Source of the DNA: Tubulanus polymorphus
Taxonomy: Eukaryota; Animalia; Nemertea
NCBI RefSeq assembly: GCF_964204645.1
Contig: NC_134036.1
Location: 5,238,600-5,302,599, forward strand
Direction of reading: 5' to 3'
DNA: 64,000 nucleotides
Positions 24,606 to 38,970 of the stretch are shown here, piece after piece (position 1 is the stretch's first letter; each line of letters opens with the position of its first letter). The position numbers and the translations under genes were made by a program. Under the pieces are notes generated by a model. The model was given only the letters and a program-made list of their open reading frames with translations, did not search any database and was not told the origin of the DNA.

Positions 24606-25804
24606 CGCTGCGACAGAATGAACGAAATTCGCCAAGTTTAACACAATTGTTTTTTGGTCAGATCACGATCCGATTTCATCCAATCAGAAAATTCGCTCCG
24701 CCGAGTATATAATTCTTCATATACTTCCTTTAAAAATAGTATTTTGCAAATTCAACCGAAGTAAAAAGTAATAACGCAACAGAATAAGGAATCCTCGATT
24801 TTCGCAGTTATTCTTATCTCGGTTTGTGCAACTTTTTAATCTATTTATCTTGTTAATCTAATCATCAAACCTCATACACTGAAAACACCCGAGTTTTACC
24901 CGAGCAGAAATATTCAAATCTGAATTTCCGATTCGATATTACAACGAATTCATTTAATCAAATCATTTTTTTTCTGCACGTAGATTACGGTCGCGTTAGT
25001 TAAATATTCAAATCGCCGATATCAGATGAAAAATTGAATTCTACTCAATTTCATTGAGCACGAATCTCTGACATGAGGCTCGTCGAGTGTCGCAGATGTC
25101 GCAATGAAACGTTTAACCTAAAAAACGCATCAAATTTAGAAATTTTTAGCACACGCATTGCATCTGCAATTAGCGATTTCCCTCGAAGTGTCGCCTATAC
25201 TTTGGCGACTTCTGTTGTGTGCATTTGTTGCGTAGGAATTATCTTAGACTAATGCCACATCATCTGAACTGTCACTAAACACCCAACGAATCGTACAATT
25301 TGAAAAGAAATTGAAATAACTGTTTGTTTGGTATAGATGATAGCAGAATTCGCGTTGAAAAATGTATTCGGTCAAAATGAAAAGTCTACGTTTATTGGTA
25401 TTTTCTAGAGAATCGTTTGCTTGCATTTGCGTTGAAACAACTGAAATGAAAATTTGTTTCGAAGGATTTCTCACTGATGATATCGGCACAATTCTCCGGA
25501 TTCCAAGCTACATATAGGTTGTAAACATAGCTTCATCCGTATCTGAAACATCTTGCATATCTCAGCGTTTTCTGGAATCGACTGTAACCTAGGGCGATAC
25601 TGCATATGTATTACAGCAACGAGCAATGAGCTAAACGCCTCGAGGCAGTTACTGTATAAATGGTATAAACTTTCTGAACACGAAAGCGGTTTTCAGTATA
25701 TACTCATGTACCCGTCTAGATCAAATAAATTCTCACTGATTTCGTGCTCTTTGGTCCTACAGAAACAAGCATCTTAGCCCCTCAGCATCTCAACCGTTAT
25801 CCGG

Positions 25805-25915
25805 GGCCCGGTTTTATAGACTGGTATCAACTTGAACCCGGGGGTTAACTCGATTCATTTTCAAACAAGTTAACCCCTGGATTCAAAGTTAATATCAGCC
25901 CATAAAATTGGACAC
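25805..25915. mobile_element. Short palindromic MITE-like insertion (about 110 bp)
   Basis: CCGGTTTTATAGACTGGTATCAACTTGAACCCGGGGGTTAAC pairs with GTTAACCCCTGGATTCAAAGTTAATATCAGCCCATAAAATTGG. Absent at the homologous sites near 6200 and 16055. Confidence 0.6.
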
Positions 25916-28900
25916 ATATTATCGAACTAATTTATCTGTAGGTTTCACGAAACCTTAGTTTAAAATACTGCATACTCTTTTCCATACTTTGCACAATTTC
26001 AAACCTGCCAGTTTTCAGGGATGGAAGACGTGATAGATATTCATTTTCGCGGAAAAACCGAGGCCTCAACGCCGGCATAAAAGACTAGTTGAACCTTTAC
26101 GTCATAAGTCTTTGGAATTTAGAAAATTTAATGCATTATGCTCATGTCTGGGTACGAGTTTTATCGGATTGAGTTCCATACAATGTTCACTGCATCTGAG
26201 GCGGCTTAGAAAATATCGTAAAACTATCCGTTATTGAGACGCTAAGTAATATATCTCTATATGCGCGGATACTTCATTGTGTGGACATTCTTCCGAACAA
26301 CTTTCGAAGTTGTGAATTACAAGAAAATTAAATTGTCACATTTTGTCATTTAGGTTTAAACATTTCTTCGTAATATAAAATGGGTAAAGAAACGGCGCAC
26401 AATTGCCCATCAATATTGGGTTTGTGGCCATTTACATATCGGGCTCGCAACCCCTTATCGGGAGGGAGCGCGAAGGCCAATGCCGTCGGGTATCTCACTT
26501 TTACTTGATTGAACATAGAATTATTCTAAGTTGTTATTTTTTCAGATTTGTCATTCCTCACCATCTCATCATCACCAGGAACTGATTTCTGCCAATACCG
26601 CCTGGCCGATTGAATAAACACTTTTGACTATGGACATTTCGAAATAATCCATGATGCTCCACACATACATTTCTGGTGAGTAGATTTATCGTCGTTTAAT
26701 CCACTGGACATTCACAGCTGATTTTTAACCGGAGGGAAATAGCTGTTAGAATTTATGTGGAAAGTTTCGTCCATCCGCTCATAGCTTTTAAGAAGTACAG
26801 GCAGAAAATGAGAAAAATCTCTATAGATTTTTTTTTCCCATTCTACTATTTGATGACTGGCCTCGTTTGTAGTTATGTATATCGCCCTTCAGCATCCGAG
26901 TTCAACGTTTATAGAACTAAAAGCCGCGAGTGATGCATGTGTTTATGCTTATCATCATAGTTGAACCTGCTTAATTACAATCGTGTTCTGTACAAAGATT
27001 TCACTTTTATGCGTTATTGGAAATCCTACCAGACCGATCGATTTTTTTGTGCTAAAAAATTATCAAAAAATCGTATTGATTCTACCGTACCCATGCTTCT
27101 TCATTATATCCACCGTACTTCGTAGGGGGAAAATTGGTTTTTTTGATCCGCGATTTCTCATTTTTCTATGGCAAACGATTGCCGATCAGTTTTACGTCGA
27201 TATCACATTTCTCTATTTGTCCGTGTAATAAGCTCACAAGGGACCTAAATCTGTTTACTATAACTTAATTCCCGAGTTTCGTGGCTGGAGATTGATCGAC
27301 GATCATAACTTAGTACATAGTCAATTTTCAGTTTTCTGGTGCCCATAGTGGTATATCAATCGCTGTTACACCCAAGGCGTATTGTGCCAGTTCGTTGTTT
27401 TGATCCATGTCACCTTTTGGAAAATCTTCACGGACAAATCCTATACAGTGAACAAGCCGATCATTTATTCATTTACTCTCAATTTTATTGAGTCTAACTA
27501 TAACACGGGTTTTGACGACTGAGTTACAAATATACATTTAATTCGAGCTTAGTCAGTCAGTAACCTGTGACTGTTGTGACGGTTTCATAATCGGATCCCA
27601 AATCGGCATAAGTATATCCAATTATAAAACTGATCATCACCGACGTTTAGGAACATGTTCCGGCGCTACACTTGTTGCTGCAACACTCACTATCAACCGA
27701 ACACCACAGGCCGTTTTTGGTGCAACCTATATTTAAAAAAAAAACAACACATTTTCTGTTCGATTTAGAAATACTCGAACCCATACCGCGGATGTAGGAC
27801 CGGTGACTATAACGACGATGAGGGTGACGGATGTCCCTTATTCATGTCGATTTTTTCAGAGATACCAATACGAACAGTAGATTAGGAAACGCGTACATAA
27901 GTACAATATTGCACGTCAATTAAATTGGTTTTTACGTCGGAATATATGTAACTGCTTTTATCTCTGAAATGCAGTTCATCAAACTAATTCGTTTAACCCA
28001 TAAACAACTAGTGAATATTGAACAATAATTACTACTTTTATTTAAACTATTCACTCAATCCTCGGAGATTGTGTTTTGTATTTCCCTAGTCGTTACTCAC
28101 TCCATGACTCTGCAAACGACGCAGCACTGACCACAATCACAACAACAGCACAGAGGCGGTTTAGCAAATACGAAAGCATTTTTGTCACCTAGAATTTGAA
28201 TTGATTACCGTTACGTTGGTGTAACACGTGTAAAGATTCATCGTCACTCATTTGTTTTTTTTCCTTGTTATATGTTAACACTAACCGTGGATCATCGTCA
28301 TAGATTCGAATGAAAATCGTAATAGAGATATGATGCAATAAGGAGTTTTGAATATAGTATAGAATTGACTAGAACAGTATCACTCGTAGTCGAATGAAAA
28401 AAAAACACTCTAATCCTTGTTAAACTTAAAAGTCCAGCAATAGAATTCCATACGATTAAATCTATTACAGCGAAACCACTGCGATTTGGGTGTTGACAGC
28501 CATCGTCACGTGGTTCAAAATTCTAAAAAGACTTTTAAGAAATCTTAAAGCGGGATACACTGTTGCCACTTTTCCCTAATGCTCGTTTATATCCAATCTT
28601 AACCCAAAACACAAACAGACCAGCGACAAATTTACACAAGATTCGAACTTAAAAATCATGAAAATAACGAAATGGTTAATCTCTCTTACTCATGTAATAT
28701 GTTTATACGGTGTTTTGCTTACCCGAGTCGTTTCTTCGAATGTATTCAAATTCAAACGTCGAAATGGAAATTACCTTCGTTCGTTTTGTCGAGTCAGAAC
28801 CGAATGAATGAAACACGTTTCGTGTGATATTTTATTCGAAATTTCATGAATCATGCAATGATTGCACAGCTTGATATATGGTTGAAACTGATATCAGTGT

Positions 28901-30559
28901 TTTGTTAAACTAAATCGATGCGCACCCGTTATTTCTCACTAGCCATTGAAGGCCATTTTAATAATTTTGCTCCATAGACCATCCCGGTAGACATTATTTC
29001 GTCTATCACCAGTTCCCTCTAATTATGTTACCGTATAGGTATCACGTGCATTGACGGTTGGGAGGATATCGGGATTATTTAGAAGTTGGTTAGTTTTCTG
29101 TTTATTGCAGCGCTAGTTCGTTAAAACGAAATTGAAGAATTTTATTTACATCAGTCCGTATTTTTCTTAGATGTGCCCTTATAAGTTAATGAAACATTTT
29201 AGGCCCGTGAGGGGGGAATTTTCTTTAGTTCCCGTTATCACGCTGTACTTCATAAAATAAAGAATCAATCCAGCTGCAACTTTTTCCTCAACATCCATTA
29301 TTTATGCGTAGATGTGCTGTTGAAATTACCAGAATTATTCGATTGAAATTAGTTATTCAGCTAGAATTATTTAAGCGAAATTCGGTTATGTTTTATGGGC
29401 GGCTTAAAAAGAAGAAATTTCGATCAGTTTCGACCAGACATATAAACTTAGATCAATAATGCTAGATTGCACGATCAACACGTCATCACGAGATTGAAGT
29501 GTTGAATAAATTTAGGCAGACGAATATTTAATCACCTGTTGCGCGTTAGTTTCCGGTTACTGAAATTTCTGCTCGGCGAACAATCATCGTCAATTGGATG
29601 AGCACAGGTGGTATTCCTGTCGAATGGCCCTGTATTTCTCAGTAGCAGAGGGAATCTATGAAAAGCCAAACCTTTAGTAATGAGTAGTCCACAACCAAAA
29701 TACATAAACAGTCTTTGAAATAATTCAAAATAGCGGAGTATTATAAAATTCAGAACAATTATTCATGATATTGCGGTATTATATTTGTATACGTCGGTGA
29801 GAGATTTGTAAATGCATTCCTGTTAATCGCTTAGAGAACAAGCGATGTAACCTCTTCCCCTCGCCCAAAAGTCCCTAATATCCTCATATCCGTAAATACG
29901 CGTGATATCTAGACGGTAAGAAAATCTGAAGACAATTCGGTGACGGATTGGGTAAATGCATGTCGGGTTGGTCCAGGTGGTGGAATGATTCGAATACCTT
30001 TGTACAGGATAGGTACAACGATAATATTCTTCCAAAACGACTGAAAACAAAGATTTCTAATTGAAATATGTTGAGTGTTGACCATGAATTATACTGCAGT
30101 TAGAATACGTGTATCTGCCAATGAAACTGCACAAATTTCAATTTACGATTGTGCCAATTATCGTGATATCATTAGAACATTCATTCCGGTGGCAAGATTT
30201 TTTTTTATCATAATGTGATTTAGAGCTAATACATTTACGCTTCAATAATCACCTACTTGAAATATATCTAACTGGAGCGGGTGATGTTGTGTAAGACTGT
30301 GGTTGTTTAGGGGCAGGGTCCTGCCCTGGACGCTGGGGGGGGGGCTCATTAAGTATTGAGTATTAAGTAAGGGCTTGATCGATGTGGTTGACTCCAAGAA
30401 AAGAATATTTGAAATATCGGAAATTTATTGACACTCATCGCCTCAACGTAATCGTTCAAACTTTTGTCCAGGAACAAGACGTTGTATCATAGAGTTGAGC
30501 ACTTTCTCCTCGCTTTATATTCCAAGTGGCAACGACAATTTTGATAAATACATGAACTT

Positions 30560-33500
30560 GCCGTTAGAAACGAGATGCAGTTTATAATTTGTGAGAGTGA
30601 GTTTTTAAATTTGTTTTGAAAAAAGATTTCTCGTTGACGAAATCTGCACATTTCTCTGGTTTCAAAGCTATATAAAGGCGTTGAGCATAGCTTCACCCGT
30701 ATTTGAAATATTTCGCACATCTCAGCACTTTCTGTGAATCGACTGTAACGGTGTGAGATGTTGAGTAGATAACCAGTTGATGAAACGCTGTTCCGTGTTG
30801 TGACGATGTGTAGAGAATCACATCCTAATATGACGAAACATTAAGTCCGAAAAGTGTTTAAATGGGATTAAAAGGTTGAACTCGTTATGGAGTGCCGTGC
30901 AATTTTCGACTTGTAGGTTATCTCACTCAGGTAACCACCTATACTTAATTCAACGTTGAATTATTCTAATTTTTTTTCAGATCTGTCATTCCTCACTTTT
31001 TCACTCATCATCAGAAACTGTTTGCTGCCAATACCGCGAGGAAGATTGAACGAATACTGTGGATGGACACCAGACGTTTAAAAATAATCCTTGATGCTCT
31101 ACACAGGAATATCTGGTGAATAGATTTATTTTTGTTTAATCCACTGGATATACACAGCTGATATTTTGTCGTCAGCTCTTAGCCACTAGGAAGTACTGGG
31201 TTAAAATTAGCAAAATATCAACGAACCCTTCAGCATCCAAGTTAAAGAACTTAAAAGTGCCAGTGATGATACATATTACAATGTTATCATCGTAGTTGAA
31301 CCTGCTTACTTACAGTGTTGTTGAGTACAAAGGTTTTATTTCTATATGTTATTATTGCGAAGCCTACCAGAACAGATGGACTCTTTGTGCTCGAAAGTAT
31401 AATATTAATTCTTTCCTCATATAGCGCACTTGTACAAAGCGTAATCAGTTTACATCCGTATAGAATAATAGATATGAGCTCATAAAGGGTTATTTGAAAC
31501 GCTTGGAGAATGAATACGAAGTTGGAATTGACAGGTGAGATTAATTGCGGTAATAAACTTTTCTAAGTAACTAAGTTTTCAAGTTAAACATTGTACTGAT
31601 GGACTTAGTCTAAAACTAAGGGGCTGCTTGTTCCAAAGTGCTGTAAATTGAAATGTCCTGTCACCTATTGCATTGGTTTTAAGATTGGCTTAACCAGACG
31701 ACTTGTATGTTGCTAAGAGCGGAGAGATCTGGTGGATGCATAGTCAGATAAAATAGACCGCGGATACTTTGTTCCCTGGTAGTTTAGGCATTTATATGTC
31801 AGTAGCAGCACTATCCATCCTAGTTGAAACTATACTCAGTTAGTTCATTCAACCGAACCCATGGTCTATTTTGTTGTATCCCCGGTACTTCGTTGGGGGA
31901 AATATTGGCTTGATTTAAGACACGATTTCTCATTTGCTCAACAGTTTTGCATCAATATCGGATCACAAAAAAATGTTTGTTAAACAAAACAAGGGCTTCA
32001 CATCGTTGTCAGTGAACGAAATATGATATGGAATGTTTCTGCGATGAATATACAAATATATTATTGTTCATTCAAGAGTCCCTATAAATCTAAGTCTACC
32101 GGTACGAATATTTAGATGAGCCACTATAATTTGGAGTTCGTATTATTTGTGACGGTGTAGACATCGTGCGGCAATTTACACAATTCATAAATGAATAAAC
32201 AATTTAATTCATGTACATTGAACAATGTACGCCTTACATTCTATTTCTACCTATTAAACAACCTATATCAGGCGAGTGTTGAGTTCATGCTTGAAGACCA
32301 GTAGAAAAAAGGTCGAATTGACAAATCTATTTCTCAGTCGACATACATACGTCAAATGCGAGATATCTCGTTATACGTGCCGCTTACAATGGTATTGAAG
32401 AATAGGTAGCTGCTTCAATTCGACACCATCGTCTGAATCAATGCATTTTTTTGTATTTTTATGAGTGATGATTTTTCTGGTATGTTAGCTGACCAGTCGG
32501 TATATAATCGCTGGATGTATGGCAAACAGACGAATAAGCAATTTTGTCGAACACGGGCTGAATATACCACCAAAATCACCGTATTTTTAGTTTGTTTGTG
32601 CTGATTTGTTATAGATCGAACTCTTACTTAGCTAGTCGATAATGGTCGATAGCGTTTCTCCTTTATAGGAAACCATCGAATATAATATACGAATTTACAT
32701 ATCCGTTGTATACGGGGAATTAATCAAATACATGATGAAATGTCTAACATGGTTCGAATATGGTGAATGGACGGCATGATTTTTTTTGTGAACCGTCGAG
32801 CATTTTGTTTATGTGTTTGCTTAAGATGATCGGATGTGTTTACCCGAATAGCTGTCACTCGGACATGTATTGCAAAGGTAATAGCGCAACAATGACACCA
32901 AACGTCCGCACGTGGGGATTGAAATGGACCATTTAGAAATGTCAGATTATTATTATATTGTATTTTCGTAGTCGGAATTTAGCATAAGGGATAAACGCGC
33001 GACAGGAATCGGCGGTTATTGTCTACTACTGCGGATGAAACGGCGCATCCTATTGATCACTGTGAAAACATCCACGGAAAAATCATAAACTATCTAACAA
33101 CCCGATAGCTGATTTATATACTGACAGTTTTATTGAATCTAATTATAACACGAGATTTGACAACTGAGTTACGAATATAAATTCAAGTCGAGCTTTCTAA
33201 TAGTCAGTCAGTAACCTGCCTGTGGTTCAGTTTCATAATCGGATATTTCGCAAACCACCACAGGTATTTTCCATTTGAAATTATCACCAACGATTAGGAA
33301 CATGATCCCACTTTACAATTATTGCTGCAACACTGAGAATCAACAGTACATCCCACGGTATTTGGAAGGCAACTCAAATGCTGACCTACATTTCAAAAAA
33401 GCATTACATTCTAAATGGAATTTGAAGTGAAACAAATTTTCGAAACACTCGAGCCCCTACCCCAGGCGTAGGACCGGTGGTCATTCCGACGATGTGGCTG

Positions 33501-36120
33501 ATGGAGATCAATGTCGAATAGCCTTACAAACAAATGGCTACACTGAAGGCTAGGAAATCATAAACAGCTAAAATCCCGATAAATGATTTATTTACTCGCA
33601 GTTTTATTGAATCTAATTATAACATGAGATGTGAAGAATGAGTTACAAATATGAACTCAATTCGCGAAGTTTCAAACTCAGACGGTAATCTGACTGTGCT
33701 TCAGTTTCATAATCAAATGTTTCCCAAACCACCACAGGTATATCCCATTACAATCCAAATAATCACCAACAATTAGGAACATGTTCCCGCGGTACAATTA
33801 TTGCTGCAACACACAGCGTCATTATTGCACCACGTGGCTTTTGAAAGGCAACCTATATTTCAAAAAAGCATGAAATTCTGAATGGAATTTGAAGTGAAAC
33901 ACATTTGCCCTTAATTTCTAGAAAAACTCGAACCCCCATCCCAGGTGTAGTACCGGTGGTCATTCCGAAAATGTGGGTGATAGCGATTCATTTCGATTAT
34001 TCAGAAATACACATATGTATACATGAGTCTAGGATATGCGTGTCCATAAGAACAATATTGTACGTCAATTAACTTGATTTTCGTCAGAACACAAGTTATT
34101 TATAATAGCTCTGAAAACTAATTCATCAAACGAATCCGTCCAACGGAAAAAATCAACTTCTGAATGTTAATTGATAATTGCGACTTTAATTTTATTTTTC
34201 ACGAAATCCTTCGAAATTGCGTATCATTTTCCCAGTCGTTACTCACCTTCTGCCAAATACGCGGCACTGACCATAATCAGAACAGCAGCAAAAACACGAT
34301 TTATCAAATACGTCGCCATTTTTGTAACCTAGAATTTGAATGGACACATATCAGCAATCATGCATTTGGGTGAATCCCAAATTTTGATTCCACAACAGTC
34401 TTCGTAAGGTTCTCAGTGAAAAAACCTTTCGTCAGAAAATTTTGATAACAATAATCAGGTTTAAGATGATGCTACATAAGAATGAAACTAAGAGTGACCA
34501 TACACATAGTGTAAGTAAGTGCTAACGGATTTTCTACATTGCCGGTTTGAATGCCGGTATGTGAAGCGTGCAAAATTGGCCTCACCAATCCGTAACAGTG
34601 ATAGTAATAGTTATGAATCATTCAGTGAATATTTCTATTTTGTTTTGTAACACTGGACTATGTTGAATTAATTTTGTTTTACATCGTGTTATCATTTGAC
34701 TAAATGTGGCGATTGCGGAACGGTCACATCTCCTGCGTTTGTCATTACACAAAAACGGAAGCGTTTGACACCACACAAACAAGTTTCTGTCTCAGTTTTT
34801 CTGTGTGATGATGGCCTTTATATATGGTATTGGGTTAATCGTTTGAAATCATTGTTTGTTTTCGTAACGCCAGCGTTGTCAGTTTGAAATCAGTTCCCCG
34901 GACGAGGCGTTGTTTCTAAAACACAAGATTCTTTCGAATGAATGTAAATCCTTAGGCCTATTTATGTAGATGTCAAACGTATTTGATTAAGAAATGCGCT
35001 TCCACCTGATCGCGGTCCGAATTGTATAGCCGGACTTCTCAATTCATCGCGTGTACGACTGTTACCACTTTTCTCTACTAATCGTTGATACCCAATCTCA
35101 AACCAAAACCACCCGTACCGTAGACGAGCCGAGTTTGACCGAAATGAATACGTCCACTAAGTTAAACAGGCGTTGGATTCTCACTTAATGTGATGAAATT
35201 AATGAAACGATGAATCTTTACTTTACTATCTTTACTTTTACGATTATATGGTGTTTTTCTTACCTTAGTCGATTCTTCTAACGTATTAAACTGTCGAAAC
35301 GAATATATCTCCCTAACCAGAACCTGTCGACGAATGAATGAAACACGTTACGTCTGATATCTTATTTAAAATTTGCTGAATTATACCGATGATTGCACAG
35401 CAGGATATCGATTGGAAACTGATATCGGTGATCCGTTGAGCTAAATCGATACGCACCGGGCTCTCACTTGCCGTGGAACTTAGTTTGAATAATCTTGCAG
35501 CCGCCTAGTCCAACACCGCATACATTATTCAATCTATCACCGGTTTTCCTTTGTAACCGTCTAGGTAGCACATATTTTGACAGGAATCTTTATAAGTTGG
35601 GTTCGTTTTTTTTGGATACAGCTCTAGTTCTTTGAAACAGAATTGAAGCATTTTAGTTACTTCAGTCTGTGTATGATAAGAGTAAGTTTTAGAATATGAA
35701 TTATCCTTTTTTTTAGATATGCAAATGCCCTTTTACAAAATGACACGTTTTAAGGTCCGTTTTCCGAGAGTGGTATTCGTCTAAGGTTTCAATAATCTTG
35801 CTTTACATTTGGTCGTTTCGTGAAGTGATTCCCGTGAGAATAGTTTGACTGGAATCATTTCTTCAATACCCACTACCTACATATAGATGTGCCGTTGAAA
35901 ATACGAGAAGCGTTCGATTATGATTACTTCAGTCGGTGTTTTTTAATTGAAATTCAGTTATGAATAGATGTTTCGACCGGTGAACCCCAGCCGTGTGTAC
36001 TTAGTTCAATACTGCTAGACTGCACGATCAACACGTCATCACGCGCTTAAAGTACGTGTGTTTTATGAATACAAGCAGACGAATTTAACCACCTGCTGCA
36101 TGTCTGAACTACGGTTACTG
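30560..36120. repeat. Diverged direct duplicate of about 25300-29560, with an internal tandem duplication of about 470 bp (about 33100-34040)
   Basis: Collinear anchors: GAATCGACTGTAAC (about 25575/30737), TTTTATTGAxTCTAAxTATAACA (about 27483/33128/33602), GAATGAATGAAACACGTT (about 28802/35332), TGCACGATCAACACGTCATCACG (about 29468/36020). Confidence 0.8.
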
Positions 36121-36972
36121 ACACTACGTGGTTCCGGTCTAACTGGCTAAATATCTAATGTGGATTGAAAAATTTCGACTCAAGCAAGTTCTACTGTACT
36201 AGCACCATATATCAAACCACTTAGCCATTGAAGTCATTGGGACTCGGGCCAAAATTCTCCTTTATTATGGCATTTCTACGCCACTCTCGTTGTGGCAATT
36301 TCAGTTGGCGATGAGTCTAGGATTTTTTTCGGATTTAACATCGTCGTTCCATCGAATCCGTGCACCAGACACGAGAGATGGATTCGGAAGCTGCGTCCAT
36401 ATGCAAACACAATTTATAGTAGTACAGTTTTGGTAAACAATCCTATGTTTGGACAAAAGTCTAGCAAACCTAGGGTTGAAAGGTAAACTAACATATACTC
36501 GGCTATTGATTAAGCCCCCGGCTGTCTAGCTTTGAGAAAATGCCATGATCGTCGGATTTTAGGATGGATTTTGAAAGTTGGCTGGCTGACTGATATATTC
36601 TCGTGGACGACTATTAGAAATATAGTCGAAACGTTGAATGAACTACTTCTCATGATTTTATCGTCGCAATACGGATGTAGCGTATCATCAATGGTTATTA
36701 AACTAACCATAGAACTTCAAGTGAACGGAAAGGCCGTCATCTCAAAAATCCTCTAGACACCGCTAGTAATCTTGCGTTTTGTCCAGCGCCCTCAACGGTG
36801 GCGACGAACAATAGTAGATTATTTACTTTAATTCTTTCTCCGCGAGCATAGAGGATATTTTTCAAGAATTGAAAATTACGTTTATAAGCTGTTGGTAGAC
36901 GTGCGACGTCACAGTGTTTTGTCCGAATGTGAATAGTCGGCGATTAAGTTTGAATGTTTACCGGCTACAATC

Positions 36973-37200
36973 GGGCGGACCGGATGGCTTAGTCGGTCGG
37001 CGACTAGCGTGTCACCGCTGTGGCCCAGGTTCGAGTCTCGGAGGAGGCGGGTCAGGATGTGGCAAATGATCTCCGGTAAGCGGGCGAGTCGAGAGTGCTG
37101 TCCTCCCTGGAATGAGGTTGCTAATGCGTGAGTCCTACAAAATAACTGGTGTGGGGTAAATTATGTTTAATTCAGTCGTTTCTGGCTGAATTATTTATTT
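36973..37200 (+). mobile_element. tRNA-derived SINE-like element
   Basis: GC-rich head with Pol III A box TGGCTTAGTCGG (about 36985) and B box GGTTCGAGTCT (about 37028), followed by a non-tRNA body and an AT-rich tail. Confidence 0.55.
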
Positions 37201-38725
37201 ATCCCACAATACCGGTCCAGGTTGCGGAGTAATTCCACCAGGGGCCTTCGACTTTTTTACAATATTAGTTTGATATTTTAAGTTGATTGGTGAGGGTTTG
37301 GGAAATTTTTTATTTTTGTTTAATTCCTCAAGAAATCGAAAAAATCCCAGCGAGAATTCCGTAGATATTTTGTTAGCAATGCAGCTATCAATCTCCAGGT
37401 AAATTGACAAAACTTCAATGATTTTTTAAACTTCACCAGCTTCCAGTCAGAGTAGACGTGTACGCGGCGATGTCTGGTGAACGTGTGCATAAAATCGGCC
37501 TCGAAACAACAATCCAATAGAGAATCACTCACTGGAGACCTGCCACACGCTCTACTACACAAAAGTGCCGCGTGACTGGACAAACTTTTAAGCAAACTTC
37601 AATATTCCTGAAGCAAAACTCGAAAATAGTAAAATTGAGCCGGAATTATAGTTCAAAACGAGATGTAAATAGAAGGGAAATCTACAATAAAGTTTGTTGG
37701 ATAGTTTAGATAAGACTGCAGTATGCAATTTTAGGCTTAAATCCTAGCATTCTACATTCTATCTTTAACAATGTGTGTCTCTATGAATAGTCGAATTAAA
37801 CTCGATGACCTATAATACCTATAGGAAATGTTTGGCACGAATTGAATGGTTCTCGAGGATTAGCGTCACGTACTCGGGTCTGCCACAGGAATGCGCGATC
37901 GAGCCTTCTGATTGATCCATTCCGGTCGCCTCGATGATGCACCGTCGCTGATTGGTCGACGTATGTATTAGAAGGGTTGTTCGAGCCTCCCTGTGCCAGT
38001 CCGAGAACTGATGCCCAGTGATGAAGGTCAACCTATAAAAGCTCTGCAACAAGGCGTGAAGAACAACTGACGATGGAGAGGAGACTGCTGTTGCTGCTAC
38101 TGATGTCGGATTACAACTTCAAACGGATGACGGCTAACCCAGAGGGCATTTTAGCTGATAAGGGCGAGTTCGCTGTTGTTGATTTCCGGTGTTCAATTTC
38201 TAGTCTACACACACATTTTGAAAAGGTTAGAAATTTCATGGAATCGAATGTTTTAGTTATGAATCGACCGTATCGATAATTATCGCGTTTTCTTTATGGT
38301 TTTGATGTTGAACCCAAACATTTTTTAACATTTGGCTTAACTTTTCAAATCGCTTTTGGTTTTGTCTTTGCGAATAATCCAAGAAATTCCAGAAATAAAT
38401 CACTTTTACACATTTTGTCTTTTTAGGTTTTTTAACCTGCACCAGTCCGTTACTTGTGTACTTGTGTACTATGTGTACACAGCTAGTTTGTCGCAACATC
38501 CAGAACATGCTGCTGCTGCTACCACATTGATAATTGCACCAACCCACAGTTTGCTGTTACGTACCGCATTGACCCTTCTAGAACCAAGCCAACCTGTTTA
38601 CAACCGTCCAACTTTGATAGATTAGGTAACTTTATCAACATATAATTTGGATATTCAATGATCGTTTTCATAAGCTGACTTAATCTTTATTTTATCTTTT
38701 GTTTTTTAGACTATACTCCCAATCC

Positions 38726-38970
38726 AAACCTCGAGACGCAGACTCTACTCAGACTACAGCACCGTCCTCAAAGCTCGAGATACTGACTCTACTCCGACTA
38801 CAGCAACATCTTAAAACCTCGAGACGCTGACTCTACTCCGACTACAGCAACATCTTCAAACCTCGAGTCGCAGACTCTACTCCGACCACAGCAATATCTT
38901 AAAACCTCGAGACGCAGACTCTACTCCGACTACAGCACCATCTTCAAACCTCGAGACGCAGACTCTACAC
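38726..38970. repeat. 44-bp minisatellite, about 5.5-6 copies; mirrored at 63920-64000
   Basis: CTCGAG at 38730, 38774, 38818, 38862, 38906 and 38950, an exact 44-bp period. Confidence 0.92.

Noticed and set aside
1716-24644. Three-gene operon repeated three times
   Set aside because: ORF boundaries coincide with splice sites, and one intron splits a lectin domain; these are exons of one gene.
38726-38970. 44-bp repeat as a CRISPR array
   Set aside because: Units are contiguous with no unique spacers, there are no cas genes, and the context is eukaryotic.
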